From Sporocytophaga sp. (GTDB taxonomy: Bacteria > Bacteroidota > Bacteroidia > Cytophagales > Cytophagaceae): 64,000 nt of DNA. Below are positions 29,001 to 38,524 of this stretch, piece after piece. Where the stretch lies: the NCBI RefSeq assembly GCF_017745095.1, contig NZ_JAGHZZ010000007.1, positions 151,565 to 215,564 of the forward strand, read 5' to 3'. Under the pieces are notes generated by a model. That model made no database searches, was not told where the DNA came from, and was given only the letters and a program-made list of their open reading frames with translations. A program made the translations under genes and the position numbers. Positions within the stretch are counted from its first letter, which is position 1. Each line of letters starts with the position of its first letter.

Positions 29001-30814
29001 TAACGGTCAACACCACTTATTACGTGAGAGCTTATGCTACATTAAGTACAGGAAATACCTATTATGGAAATCAACGTTCCTTAACAACATATCAGGCAGG
29101 TACAGTTTCCGTAGCAACCCTTGCTGCTTCTAATCTCACTGACATTAGCGCCGAAATAGGTGGCAAAGTTATAGGACAGGAAAACATTCAGGCTCGAGGC
29201 ATCTGTTATGGAACTGTGCAGAATCCTTCTTTAAGCAATAAAATCATAACAGCCTATACCTGGTCAACTGATTATTTATTTAATCTAAAAGCTACAGGAT
29301 TAACTGAAAACACTCTCTATTATGCCAGAGCTTATGCTACTCTGAGTAATGGAGAAACAGTATATGGCAATCAAATTTCCTTTACTACACCATTAGGTCC
29401 TTCTTATACCATCACTACTGCTCCGGTAAGCGACATTCAGCCAAATTGGGTAATGGGAGGAGGAACCTATAGCGGGCCAGGAATTATAACGGACAAAGGT
29501 GTAGCATTCGGAATCAGCCCTAATCCTATCGCTTATTCAGCCGGAACCGGAACCAGTCAGATGCCATCTGAAACAACTACTTTTCAAGGGCATCTTGGTC
29601 CGTTACAACCGAATACGCTATATTATGTGAGAGCATATATTGCTGCTCCAAGTGGAAAAATCTTTTATGGAAATCAAATTACCTTTACTTCTGGCAGCGT
29701 GAAGGTTGACACTTACAACTCACAATTGGAAGGAATGTCGGCTACTTTGAATGGGAATATAACCCTTTATAGTGGTGCTACAATTACTGATAAAGGATTC
29801 TGCTGGAGTGCAACCAACATGAATCCTTCTATAACTGATAACAAAACCTCTCAGGGCACAGTGTCCGGATTATTCAGCACTAAGATCACTGGGCTATCGA
29901 CAAGCACTATATATGCATACAGAGCCTATGCAATCACAAGCAGTGGTACGACCATTTATGGTGAAGTAATGGGCTTTATAACAAGAGATCATGCGACAAT
30001 TGTGGTAGAAACAAGGGGTTCTTTTGAAAAAACGACTACCAGTTTATTAATTGGTGGAGAGGTTATAAATGAAGGAAGTGAAGTCGTCACTTCAAGGGGA
30101 ATTTGTTATGATGCAACAAATCCAACACCAACAACATCAGATAGCAAAGTAATCAGTGGTTCCGGCAATGGTGCCTTCGGAGCTTTATTAAGCGGATTAC
30201 AGCCCTCTACAAGATACTACTACAGAGCATATGCTATAACCAATGCCGGAAAGACTGTTTACGGAAGAGTTATTATGGGCTTTACCCTAACATATGATAA
30301 CATACCTCCTCCTGCACCAGACCCGCAAGAGCCTACACCTCCTAATAATGGTGGAGGAACTGATGGTAGCGGCGGTTTCACTCCCGGAACCGGTGATCGT
30401 TATCTTATGTTCGGAAGAGTATTTGGACCAGCTAAACAGGACTGCCGTGAAGGAAGCAACTACTTCCAAGATTATAAGGCTTATGGAATTTTGTATGTGG
30501 AAGGAAAGTATACAAAAGCTTCTTATGATCAGGCGAAAACAAGCCTTGATGGCCAAATGAAAGCTAAATATTATGGTGACAAATATAGTTATTCAGTTGA
30601 ATCATCTGCTGATTATAATGTTAATTACAGATATGCAGTAATCATTGAGTATAAAAAGAAAATATCTGGTTGGGACTGTTATAGTGTATTCGTAACCATA
30701 GGATATGGCAACTCTTACGATGAAGCATTAACTCACGCATTATCAAGAAAAAATAAGGATACGAACAATGGAGATAAAGCACCTTACAAGGTTCTTAAGC
30801 AGCTTCAATGGTAG
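26042..30814 (+). CDS. Large secreted protein with 13 FN3-like repeats, Pro/Gly linker and unique C-terminal domain
   Basis: 13 copies of about 100 aa carrying RG.C(W/Y)...PT...G.G.F...LTGL..NT.YY.RAY...YG....FTT; then PPPAPDPQEPTPPNNGGGTDGSGG and about 140 aa non-repetitive tail. Confidence 0.9.
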   Translation: MIKKFKSSFNIISIILTLLILSFTGNLRAQNTIIYKGDSIKLSLDTYRGQVMWQKAAEFSGLPVTWSDIPGASFNNYWAKPTEHTFYRAKVTEGTCNPVVYSPEKLVLISSQPGVSITVTAPTNVTHSTANVAALVQRLGGDAKVTARGICWGTSINPTIENTKTINGTGTGSFNAVLTGLQENTTYYVRGYITTDNIYSYYGADPPNIPYFTFKTPYRVNVTDNKQPETTFNTATLKSDISFNGSSVPIVSKGIVYRTVSDYRIDKRYPDLSDTKTVDGSGNGPFITNLTNLKSGGYYIYRSYATTADGVTYYSEGWTFKTLQSLTAVLSGVGRLESNRADIGITVYGTGSYSEKGVCYGLSPTPTIAGSNSQTGILLPLNPNSKYYARAYVIDSIGTVIYGNEISFTTLPLNSQPLIITNFGATLEAGIVYTNSIIEGSGTIINKGICYDVPEDQPVVIITTDNNKTSEGPGSGAFSSALNGLTKEGTYFYRAYATLNNGTTIYSGYKYFFFYDFIDADVQFNKIVSIQHNAAVFSSKAELIEGTGRGTISSRGICYSTEPNPSVGDSKVIAANSSGDIQTTITGLKPNTTYYARAYVVVNAYGEGYSTYYSDELSFTTFPSPLASVTTETPSSIANTSVVLGGKIIVSDIVTERGICWSLSPSPSILGNKVIEGAGAGSFTIALTGLTPGMKYYAKAYAITNSSSTMYGDEVSFTTEITPITISTSTVSGITPNSAMSGGSVILEGGMAVNERGICYGISGGPTISNSKTSNGQGAGTYTSTLTDLTVNTTYYVRAYATDHTNKTHYGDEVSFTTPVATTFQVTTTPMTNIQLLTPTYSGTSGGTVSGTGTISAKGVCWNSAENPTIDNSKTTNGTGLSAFSSIVTGLNPGTTYYYRAYATSSTGTTVYGEQYSVYYATTITTELPYNVQGNTASSGGNVPTPASGTITVRGVCWSTTENPTIVNSKTSDGTGPGTYSSSMTGLTVNTTYYVRAYATLSTGNTYYGNQRSLTTYQAGTVSVATLAASNLTDISAEIGGKVIGQENIQARGICYGTVQNPSLSNKIITAYTWSTDYLFNLKATGLTENTLYYARAYATLSNGETVYGNQISFTTPLGPSYTITTAPVSDIQPNWVMGGGTYSGPGIITDKGVAFGISPNPIAYSAGTGTSQMPSETTTFQGHLGPLQPNTLYYVRAYIAAPSGKIFYGNQITFTSGSVKVDTYNSQLEGMSATLNGNITLYSGATITDKGFCWSATNMNPSITDNKTSQGTVSGLFSTKITGLSTSTIYAYRAYAITSSGTTIYGEVMGFITRDHATIVVETRGSFEKTTTSLLIGGEVINEGSEVVTSRGICYDATNPTPTTSDSKVISGSGNGAFGALLSGLQPSTRYYYRAYAITNAGKTVYGRVIMGFTLTYDNIPPPAPDPQEPTPPNNGGGTDGSGGFTPGTGDRYLMFGRVFGPAKQDCREGSNYFQDYKAYGILYVEGKYTKASYDQAKTSLDGQMKAKYYGDKYSYSVESSADYNVNYRYAVIIEYKKKISGWDCYSVFVTIGYGNSYDEALTHALSRKNKDTNNGDKAPYKVLKQLQW

Positions 30815-30901
30815 TATTGTGGAAATAAAACTTTAAGCTTCTTTCCCCTATCTTTAGTTATTCTATAAACATTCAAATAGAGTTGAATAATCAAAAAAAT
30901 C

Positions 30902-30937
30902 AAAAGCGTTCCACATTAACAGTGAAACGCTTTTTTT
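30902..30937. terminator. Bidirectional terminator
   Basis: aaaagcgttccac-attaaca-gtgaaacgcttttttt between convergent genes. Confidence 0.8.
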
Positions 30938-30949
30938 ATCTTTATAAAA

Positions 30950-32821
30950 CTATTTCTTATCTATATTAGCATCGTTAACAACAGCATTCTGTTGCATTCT
31001 TATTCTTCCAGCATAATCCCAATCAATCAAAGGATAAACATGATATTTCTTCGCTTCGATTTCATAAAGGTCTTTCAACTCCTTCAGCTTCTCAGGATGC
31101 TTTGCAGCCAGATTATTACGTTCATTAAAATCTTCATTCAGATTATATAACTCCCATACATCTTTGGTAGGATCTGAGACAATTGATTTTCTTTCTCCTT
31201 CGAATTGAGCAAAATCAATATAATCAGGATGATGAGCTGCTGCTGCTTTCCAACCATCTTTATAAATAGCTCTCGAACCTGCAATCGTATAATACTGCTG
31301 AGTATGTTTTGTTGGAGCATTCGGATCGGCAAAAGAAGAGTTTAGCTCTTGTCCTTCTAAAGGTGTCTGTACATAATTCTTTACCTTCTCAGGTAAGTTC
31401 AATCCTATCAGTTTAAGTGTGGTTGGATATATGTCAGTTATGTGCGCATACTGATTTCGGATCCCTCTTTCTTTGATTCCCTTTGGATAAAAGACAATTA
31501 ATGGATTATGCGTACCTCCTTCTGAAAAAGCATCTTGCTTCCAATATTTAAAAGGCGTATTTGTTGCCTGCGCCCATCCCAATGGATAGTTCGCTGAAGT
31601 AATAACATCTTTCGTGCCAATCTTATCATATTCACTTAGAACAAGTTTTCTATATTCTTCACGTGTCAGTTTATCTCTTCCAAAAGCAATAGATTTCGTT
31701 GTTACCCCATAATCGGTTCCCTCCTTGCTAGCTCCATTATCTCCAATGGAAACAAATATCACCGTATTTTCTAGCTGTCCGGTTTCCTTTAAATAAGTTA
31801 ATACTCTTCCAATCTCATAATCAGTGTACTCCAGGAATCCTGCATACACTTCAAAGAAACGCGCGAATAGTTTACGTTCTTCTTCAGGAAGGTCTTTCCA
31901 AGCTTTAACAAGTGAGTTACGAGCAGGAAGCGTAGCATTCGCAGGTACGGTACCAAGTTTCTTCTGATTAGCCAATACCTTTTCACGGTATACATCCCAA
32001 CCAGTATCAAATTTACCTTTATACTTGTCACTCCATTGTTTATCCACCTGATGAGGTGCATGAGTAGCGCCAGGAGCCCAATAAATGAAAAATGGTTTGT
32101 CAGGAGCTTTGCTTTTTAATCTCGTAATGTAACTGATTGCTTTATCTGCAAGCAGCTTATTCAGATGTGTACCATCAGGCTTAATGTGTTCATTATCTTC
32201 AACCAGGTCAGGTTTGTATTGATCTGTAGCTCCGCCAAGGAAGCCATAGTTGTGATCAAATCCTTTGCCTGAAGGCCAGCGTGTGAATGGACCTGCATCG
32301 GTTGTTTCTTCATCAGGTGTCAAATGCCATTTCCCAAGCTGGAAAGTTGCATAGCCATTCTCATTCAATACTTCCGCAATAGTAGCTTTTTCGCTAGGTA
32401 TTTTGCCATCATAACCAGGATAATCCGCCCTTACTGAATTACTGGGAAATAATCCCATGTGGGCAGAATGTGAGTTTCTACCAGTCAGCAAAGCCGCACG
32501 TGTAGGAGAACAGATACCTGTTGTATGAAAATTTGTATACCGAAGACCATTATTAGCAAGGCTATCAAGGTTGGGAGTATTGACTAATCCCCCAAAAACA
32601 CTGGCAGCACCGTAGCCAACGTCATCTATTAAAATCCAAATGACATTGGGCGCACCTGCAGGTGCTTTCTTACCTCCATATATAGTTTTATAAGCTGGTT
32701 GTGACTCCTGCCATGAAATGGAAATTTTACCTTCACCTGTTTTTTCTTCCTGTGCAAATGAAGGCGACAAAGTTGTCGCTGCCAGGAACAAGGCAGTTGA
32801 TATTTGTTGTATCTTTTGCAT
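30950..32821 (-). CDS. Secreted Cys-type arylsulfatase (third of tandem trio)
   Basis: Signal peptide; PNVIWILIDD, CSPTRAALLTGR, GKWHL, HAPH, DNGAS. Confidence 0.93.
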   Translation of the reverse strand: MQKIQQISTALFLAATTLSPSFAQEEKTGEGKISISWQESQPAYKTIYGGKKAPAGAPNVIWILIDDVGYGAASVFGGLVNTPNLDSLANNGLRYTNFHTTGICSPTRAALLTGRNSHSAHMGLFPSNSVRADYPGYDGKIPSEKATIAEVLNENGYATFQLGKWHLTPDEETTDAGPFTRWPSGKGFDHNYGFLGGATDQYKPDLVEDNEHIKPDGTHLNKLLADKAISYITRLKSKAPDKPFFIYWAPGATHAPHQVDKQWSDKYKGKFDTGWDVYREKVLANQKKLGTVPANATLPARNSLVKAWKDLPEEERKLFARFFEVYAGFLEYTDYEIGRVLTYLKETGQLENTVIFVSIGDNGASKEGTDYGVTTKSIAFGRDKLTREEYRKLVLSEYDKIGTKDVITSANYPLGWAQATNTPFKYWKQDAFSEGGTHNPLIVFYPKGIKERGIRNQYAHITDIYPTTLKLIGLNLPEKVKNYVQTPLEGQELNSSFADPNAPTKHTQQYYTIAGSRAIYKDGWKAAAAHHPDYIDFAQFEGERKSIVSDPTKDVWELYNLNEDFNERNNLAAKHPEKLKELKDLYEIEAKKYHVYPLIDWDYAGRIRMQQNAVVNDANIDKK

Positions 32822-32936
32822 CGTTTAATTTTATTTGGTTCACTATTGAGTTATTTGTAATTCAACTGCAGGTTCATCTTACTTGAATACTTTGATGGTT
32901 GAAAGCTGTTTGATATGATAAAAGCGATAAGAAATT

Positions 32937-32967
32937 AAAAGCGTTTCATTTCTGAAACGCTTTTTTT
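32937..32967. terminator. Terminator-like hairpin between sulfatase genes, similar in sequence to 30902-30937
   Basis: aaaagcgtttca-tttc-tgaaacgcttttttt. Confidence 0.75.
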
Positions 32968-32977
32968 CAATTCACAA

Positions 32978-35287
32978 TTATTTTGCAGGCTCTTCCGCCA
33001 ATTTAGGAGTTTCAATTAATTCAAGTACAACTTCATTTAACTTTCCGGTAAATGCAAACGGAGCCTTATATGCAGGAGTAACAGGTGTTCCCAGATCTCT
33101 TCCTACTTCCAGTCCATCATACCCGCTACTTGCATTACTTATCTTTCCAAGATTCTTTGAAGCTACTGGTTGACCATTGATAAATAAAGCGACTGATTTA
33201 TTCTTTCCATCATTGTTATAAGAAACCTCAGCCTTTAATGATACTTTTCCTGCAGGAATTTCTTTCTCTGATTTAATTTCAATCAGTTTTCCATCTGCAT
33301 TATAAGCAAAGGCAAGTTTTTTATCCTTAACATACAAACTTATTCCTGACAATACATTTCCAAAAGAGAATAATACTCCTTGTGTAGTAGATGTTACTTC
33401 TGCATTGGCTGTTATTGAGTAAGAGTCATTATAGAATTTAGGAGCTGCACTTCTTGATAAGAAGTTATCTTTATAAAGAACTATTTTTTTAGAATTACCA
33501 AAAACAGTTTGATTTTTTACTGCCCAGTCATCTTTTAACGGATACACGTTGTACTTCCATGCTTCTGCTTCAAAAGCTTCTGCAAGCTCTTTAACCTTTT
33601 CAGGATATTTTGCTGCCAGGTCGTTTTGCTCATTAAAATCTTCACGTACATTATACAAATACCATCTCTCTTCAGATGCAGGAATTCTTTTTGTGCGATC
33701 ATGCGGGAATGATGCTTTCCAACCATCTTTATAAAGACTATGAGAACCTGTCATTTCCTGATACTGAATATTATGTCTTTCTGCTACACCCTTATTGGCA
33801 GGATCTATAGTATATCCAAGACTTGTACCTTCGATCGGCTCCTGTGGATAACCATTAATGACTGTTGGTACTTTCACTCCGGCAAGTTCAATTGTAGTAG
33901 GAAGAATATCATTTACATAGGAATACTGATTGCGAATTCCTCCTTTATCTTTAATCTTTTTCGGATAAAAAAGAATTAAAGGATCATGAGTACCGCCTTC
34001 GAAGTTTCCATAACTCTTATAAAAACGGAAAGGTGTATTCGTTGCTGCTGCCCATCCGTCAGGCCATAGAGCCGAAGAACTTTCAGTACCCAACTTGTCG
34101 AGATTCTTCACTTCCTGCGCTAAGACCTGCTCACGAGTATCATCAGGGTTTGTGGTAATAAATCTTCCAAATTCTTTTGCACCACCTTCTGCCCCATTAT
34201 CTCCAATAAGTAGAGCTATAAGAGTGTTATCAAGCTGACCCAATTTTTCAACATAGTCAATGATACGACCGATCTCATGATCTGTCTGAGAAAGAAAACC
34301 TGCATATACTTCCATATGACGCAAATAAACTTTCTTCTCATCTTCTGATAATTTCTCCCATGGCTTCACACCCGGATTGGCTGGAGGCAATGTAGTGCCT
34401 GCAGGAACAACACCTTTTGCTATTTGATTCTTTAATACTGTTTCCCTGTATTTATCCCAACCAGCATCAAACTTTCCTTTGTATTTGTCTATCCATACTT
34501 TGGAGACCTGATGAGGCGCATGTACTGCACCAGGAGCAAAGTAAAGGAAGAATGGCTTATCAGGAGCTGCTGCCTTCTGTCCAGCAATAAAATTAATTGC
34601 TTCATCGGCAAAAAGTTCATTTACATGTCTTCCTTTGGGATCTTCCGGTTCTCTTTGTGTATCACGGTAAAGAATCGGATGCCATTGATCACCAGCTCCT
34701 GTTTCAGGAGGAAACCCATAGAAGTGATCAAAACCACGCCCTGTAGGCCAGCGGTTGAATGGCCCTGCCTGCGTAGCATCAGATGGATGCGTTAAATGGT
34801 ATTTACCAACAGCAAATGTATTGTATCCATTTTCACGAAGAATTTCTGCTGCAGTGGCTTTTTCAAAAGGTAAGTATCCATCATAGCCAGGCGTATCATA
34901 AGAAGTACTTGCAAAAAATCCAAAATGGGCAGAATGGGTATTTCTTCCTGTTAGCAATGCTGCTCTAGTCGGAGCACAGTATGCCGCAGTATGGAAGTTT
35001 GTATAACGTAGTCCTTGATTGGCCAGACGATCAAAATTAGGTGTCTCAATTAAACCACCAAATGCAGTGGAAGCTCCATAACCTATATCATCGATAAGTA
35101 TCCATATAATGTTGGGAGCACCCTCGGGAGCTTTTGGTTGTGTTTGTGGCCGGGACTCTTTAGTTTCCGCAAGTGTTTTTCCTATCTTTCCTTGGAAGGG
35201 TTGTGTAGGACTGTGCTGTGCATTGGCATAAAAACCAATTGTAAGTAAACTTGCCGATGCAAGTATTTTAAATTTATTTGATCTCAT
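32978..35287 (-). CDS. Secreted Cys-type arylsulfatase with C-terminal LamG-like extension (second of trio)
   Basis: Signal peptide; PNIIWILIDD, CAPTRAALLTGR, GKYHL, HAPH. Confidence 0.93.
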   Translation of the reverse strand: MRSNKFKILASASLLTIGFYANAQHSPTQPFQGKIGKTLAETKESRPQTQPKAPEGAPNIIWILIDDIGYGASTAFGGLIETPNFDRLANQGLRYTNFHTAAYCAPTRAALLTGRNTHSAHFGFFASTSYDTPGYDGYLPFEKATAAEILRENGYNTFAVGKYHLTHPSDATQAGPFNRWPTGRGFDHFYGFPPETGAGDQWHPILYRDTQREPEDPKGRHVNELFADEAINFIAGQKAAAPDKPFFLYFAPGAVHAPHQVSKVWIDKYKGKFDAGWDKYRETVLKNQIAKGVVPAGTTLPPANPGVKPWEKLSEDEKKVYLRHMEVYAGFLSQTDHEIGRIIDYVEKLGQLDNTLIALLIGDNGAEGGAKEFGRFITTNPDDTREQVLAQEVKNLDKLGTESSSALWPDGWAAATNTPFRFYKSYGNFEGGTHDPLILFYPKKIKDKGGIRNQYSYVNDILPTTIELAGVKVPTVINGYPQEPIEGTSLGYTIDPANKGVAERHNIQYQEMTGSHSLYKDGWKASFPHDRTKRIPASEERWYLYNVREDFNEQNDLAAKYPEKVKELAEAFEAEAWKYNVYPLKDDWAVKNQTVFGNSKKIVLYKDNFLSRSAAPKFYNDSYSITANAEVTSTTQGVLFSFGNVLSGISLYVKDKKLAFAYNADGKLIEIKSEKEIPAGKVSLKAEVSYNNDGKNKSVALFINGQPVASKNLGKISNASSGYDGLEVGRDLGTPVTPAYKAPFAFTGKLNEVVLELIETPKLAEEPAK

Positions 35288-35303
35288 TTTTAGTTTGATT
35301 GTT

Positions 35304-37157
35304 TTATTTTTTCTGTTCTGCTGTAGTCTTGATATTTTGCTTGATATAATACTCTATGTCTATCAAAGGATAGATATTATATTTTTCAGCTTCCTGATCA
35401 TACAAGGCCTTCAGCTCCTTTAACTTTTCAGGATATTTCTTCGCTAAATCATTACGTTCATTGAAGTCTTCGTTCAGATTGTATAATTCCCAAACATCAT
35501 TATCAGCATTGTTTACAAATACCGGCTTGGTTTCCCCCAGATATGAAGCAAGATCCAATGGATTTGGATGGTGTGCAGCAGAAGCTTTCCAACCATCCTT
35601 TACTATTGCTCGGTTTCCGAATATTGTATAATACTGTTGTGTATGTGTACTCGGAGCATTCTTGTCTTTTATTGCATAAGCCAGACTGTTTCCATGTAGA
35701 GGCTTCTGATTGATATTCTTAATTTTTTCCGGCTGCTGAATCCCTGTTAAATCAAGAATGGTTGGATAAATATCAATCACATGTCCGTATTGATTACGAA
35801 TTCCACCTTTCTCACTAATAGCCTTGGAATAAGAAAAGATCAAAGGATTGTGTGTTCCACCTTCAGCATTTGCATCTTGCTTCCATAACTTAAAAGGAGT
35901 ATTAGTTGCTTGAGCCCATCCTAAAGGGTAATTAGCGGAAGAGATAACTTCTTTACCACCAATTTTATCATATTCACTCTGAATAAACTTTTTATAATCT
36001 TCACGAGTCAAAGCATTTGTCACACCTGAAGTTACGTTAGGGTTTTGCGTGGTTACTCCATATTCGGTCCCTTCTTTACTTGCACCATTATCCCCTACAA
36101 TGACAAAAAAAGCAGTGTTATCAAATTGTCCGGTTGTTTTCAAGTGTGCAATCAAACGTCCTATCTCAAAGTCTGTATATTCTAAGAAGCCAGCATAGAC
36201 TTCCATGAATCTAGCATTCACCTTTTTTTCTTCAGGTGAAAGGTCTTTCCATGCATGAAGGAAACTGTTTCTATCAGGTAACTTAGCATTGGCCGGAATT
36301 ACACCTAACTTCTTCTGATTGGCAAAAACTGTTTCTCTATAAACATCCCAACCTGCATCAAATTTCCCTTTGTATTTATCACTCCATTCTTTCGCTACCT
36401 GGTGAGGCGCATGTGCTGCTCCTGTTGCATAATAGAGGAAGAATGGCTTATTAGGAGCGATAGCTTTTTGTTTGGTGATATAACTGATAGATTTATCTGT
36501 AAGCAATTTATTTAAATGACTTCCATCTGTTTTTACATGTTGATTGTCTTCTACAAGATCCAATTTATATTGATCCGTTGCGCCACCCAGGAAACTTAAG
36601 TTGTGATCAAAGCCCTTACCAGATGGCCATCTCAGAAATGGCCCAAGATCCGAATATTCTGAGCCCGGTGTTAAGTGCCACTTCCCAACTTGATAAGTGC
36701 TATACCCATTGGCCTGTAAAACTTCTGCTACAGTTCCATTCTCAGGTTGAATATATCCGTTGTAGCCTGGAAAGTCGGCATAGATAAACGGAGGTGGAAA
36801 TAATCCCATACCTACTGAGTGATGGTTACGTCCTGTAAGTAGGGCTGCACGTGTAGGTGAACAGATTCCTGTAGTATGAAAATTTGTATATCGAAGTCCA
36901 TTATTGGCTAGTGTATCCAGATTGGGAGTATTGATCAGGCCTCCAAAAGTGCTTATTGCTCCATACCCCACATCGTCTAAAAGGATCAACACTACATTAG
37001 GAGCTCCTTCTGGAGCTGCTTTGTTAAACTCGAGTTTATATGGTAAAGACTCGGAGGCATTTTTGGCAACCTTGCCTTTCCATTCTTGTGTCTGTTGTCC
37101 TTGGGATGCTAGTGCTCCGAGCAAAAGCATGGATGAAAATAGTATTTGTTTTTTCAT
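35304..37157 (-). CDS. Secreted Cys-type arylsulfatase (first of trio)
   Basis: Signal peptide; PNVVLILLDD, CSPTRAALLTGR, GKWHL, HAPH. Confidence 0.93.
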   Translation of the reverse strand: MKKQILFSSMLLLGALASQGQQTQEWKGKVAKNASESLPYKLEFNKAAPEGAPNVVLILLDDVGYGAISTFGGLINTPNLDTLANNGLRYTNFHTTGICSPTRAALLTGRNHHSVGMGLFPPPFIYADFPGYNGYIQPENGTVAEVLQANGYSTYQVGKWHLTPGSEYSDLGPFLRWPSGKGFDHNLSFLGGATDQYKLDLVEDNQHVKTDGSHLNKLLTDKSISYITKQKAIAPNKPFFLYYATGAAHAPHQVAKEWSDKYKGKFDAGWDVYRETVFANQKKLGVIPANAKLPDRNSFLHAWKDLSPEEKKVNARFMEVYAGFLEYTDFEIGRLIAHLKTTGQFDNTAFFVIVGDNGASKEGTEYGVTTQNPNVTSGVTNALTREDYKKFIQSEYDKIGGKEVISSANYPLGWAQATNTPFKLWKQDANAEGGTHNPLIFSYSKAISEKGGIRNQYGHVIDIYPTILDLTGIQQPEKIKNINQKPLHGNSLAYAIKDKNAPSTHTQQYYTIFGNRAIVKDGWKASAAHHPNPLDLASYLGETKPVFVNNADNDVWELYNLNEDFNERNDLAKKYPEKLKELKALYDQEAEKYNIYPLIDIEYYIKQNIKTTAEQKK

Positions 37158-37187
37158 AGTGATTAAAATGAAGGTTTAATTTATACT

Positions 37188-37210
37188 ATCTCTATTGACT
37201 AAATAGGGAT
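37188..37210. promoter_or_regulatory. Candidate operator upstream of the sulfatase trio
   Basis: atctctatt-gacta-aatagggat, 8 of 9 arm positions palindromic, 30 bp upstream of the start codon. Confidence 0.4.
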
Positions 37211-37221
37211 TAAATCCTTAT

Positions 37222-37248
37222 AAAAGCCCTTCAAAGTATTGAAGGGCT
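37222..37248 (-). terminator. Intrinsic terminator on the minus strand upstream of the sulfatase trio
   Basis: agcccttcaa-agta-ttgaagggct perfect 10-bp stem followed by T4 on the minus strand. Confidence 0.65.
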
Positions 37249-37284
37249 AAGTACATTCTTTAGATCTTAACAAGAGTTCATTAT

Positions 37285-37317
37285 TACAATGAGCATATAA
37301 TATAAATGCTCATTGTA
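37285..37317. other. Perfect 12-bp inverted repeat, 9-bp spacer
   Basis: tacaatgagcat-ataatataa-atgctcattgta. Confidence 0.6.
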
Positions 37318-37616
37318 TTCAATACTCTATATACACCATCCTTAAAAGAAAATGATGCTAGAGAATTGATGTGTTTTATCATTTATTCACAATTCTTATT
37401 AAAATGACAATAGCATTCTAATAGGTCAAATAAAACCATAGATAAATTAAACTAATAAAGTCTGAAAGGCAGTTTGGTGGCTGAACGGCCTGGTGGTGAA
37501 CAAACATACCAAAAAGGAGAATATAAAAAAATAGATTGACGAATAACAGCCTGATGAACGCTAAACTCTTCCGAATTCATACCTAAGATTTCGGGAAAGA
37601 TACCACTTATTGGATT

Positions 37617-38460
37617 TTATCGTCGATACTCTCGATCCATATAGTAGTATATATTCATGAGATCAACGAAGAGTTTTTTTTCACTGGCTTTATCATACCA
37701 GAATCCATCTGTGGAATAAAGAAAGTTATCCCACTCTAGTTTAAAACTTTCAGTCTTAGTAGTACCAACAAATTCATTCAGAGAAATGAATTTTGCTTCA
37801 ATATTTCTTTGTCCCTTTAGAGGTATCTTTTTATTCTGAGTCCAATAAAAATACTCCCCTGTGATGCTATAATCTTTGTATTCGTATAATGTCATTGATA
37901 CCTTGTACTTCTTATTTATTTTTTCAACAAAATGGTAATATGGTTTTACCTCCTGGCATAAGTACTTAATCCTAATAGCCATTTACCATAGTCGCTCAAG
38001 TATTCATTTATGTCGATAACCCGGAGATACTTTGATGAGCTATAATTGCAGTTCTGCCAGGCATGCGGATAGCACTCACCATTATAACTTGTAAAAATAG
38101 ATTCCTTACCAAGAATAAACCCATGATTCATTATATGACACCTAAACTCACATTGACCATCTAACTTGTATGCATTTTTGGATTCAAAATCACCGGTTTC
38201 ATTACCATAAGCACATTGATGCATTTCCCTTATAGATTGACGACAATCGCCTAACCAATATTTTTCTAAAAATCAAAATATTGGGTACCATCAATCAAAT
38301 CAGGTAATAAAATCAATTCCCCTTTTTCCAAATCGAACTGTAGGTTATCGGTTGCTGACCCGGAGGATATGCACCACCTGCCCAATCAACTTTTATTGTC
38401 ATCATAACGAACATCTTCAAGGTATAAGAAACTATTCCCACATTCCGCATTTAGCCTGCA
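37617..38460 (-). pseudogene. Multiply frameshifted remnant of an unknown (possibly DUF3298-like) protein
   Basis: Fragments GGAYP, FDLEKGELILLPDLID, FLEKYWLGDCRQSIREMHQCAYG and the 37617-37982 tail lie in different frames; family assignment weak. Confidence 0.55.
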
Positions 38461-38524
38461 ATTAATGAGTAGTATAAAAATGAATATCTTTCTTAACATC
38501 TTGATTTTATTTATACAGCAACAG

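Noticed and set aside
26400-30290. Periodic repeats that might be a CRISPR or DNA-level repeat array
   Set aside because: Repeats are protein-level and degenerate in DNA; no identical 25-45 bp repeats with spacers, no cas genes
37460-37570. GC-richer patch containing AAACTGCC on the minus strand, reminiscent of a fluoride riboswitch
   Set aside because: Lacks the GGCGATG start and GCTGATG core in the right order; no consistent structure
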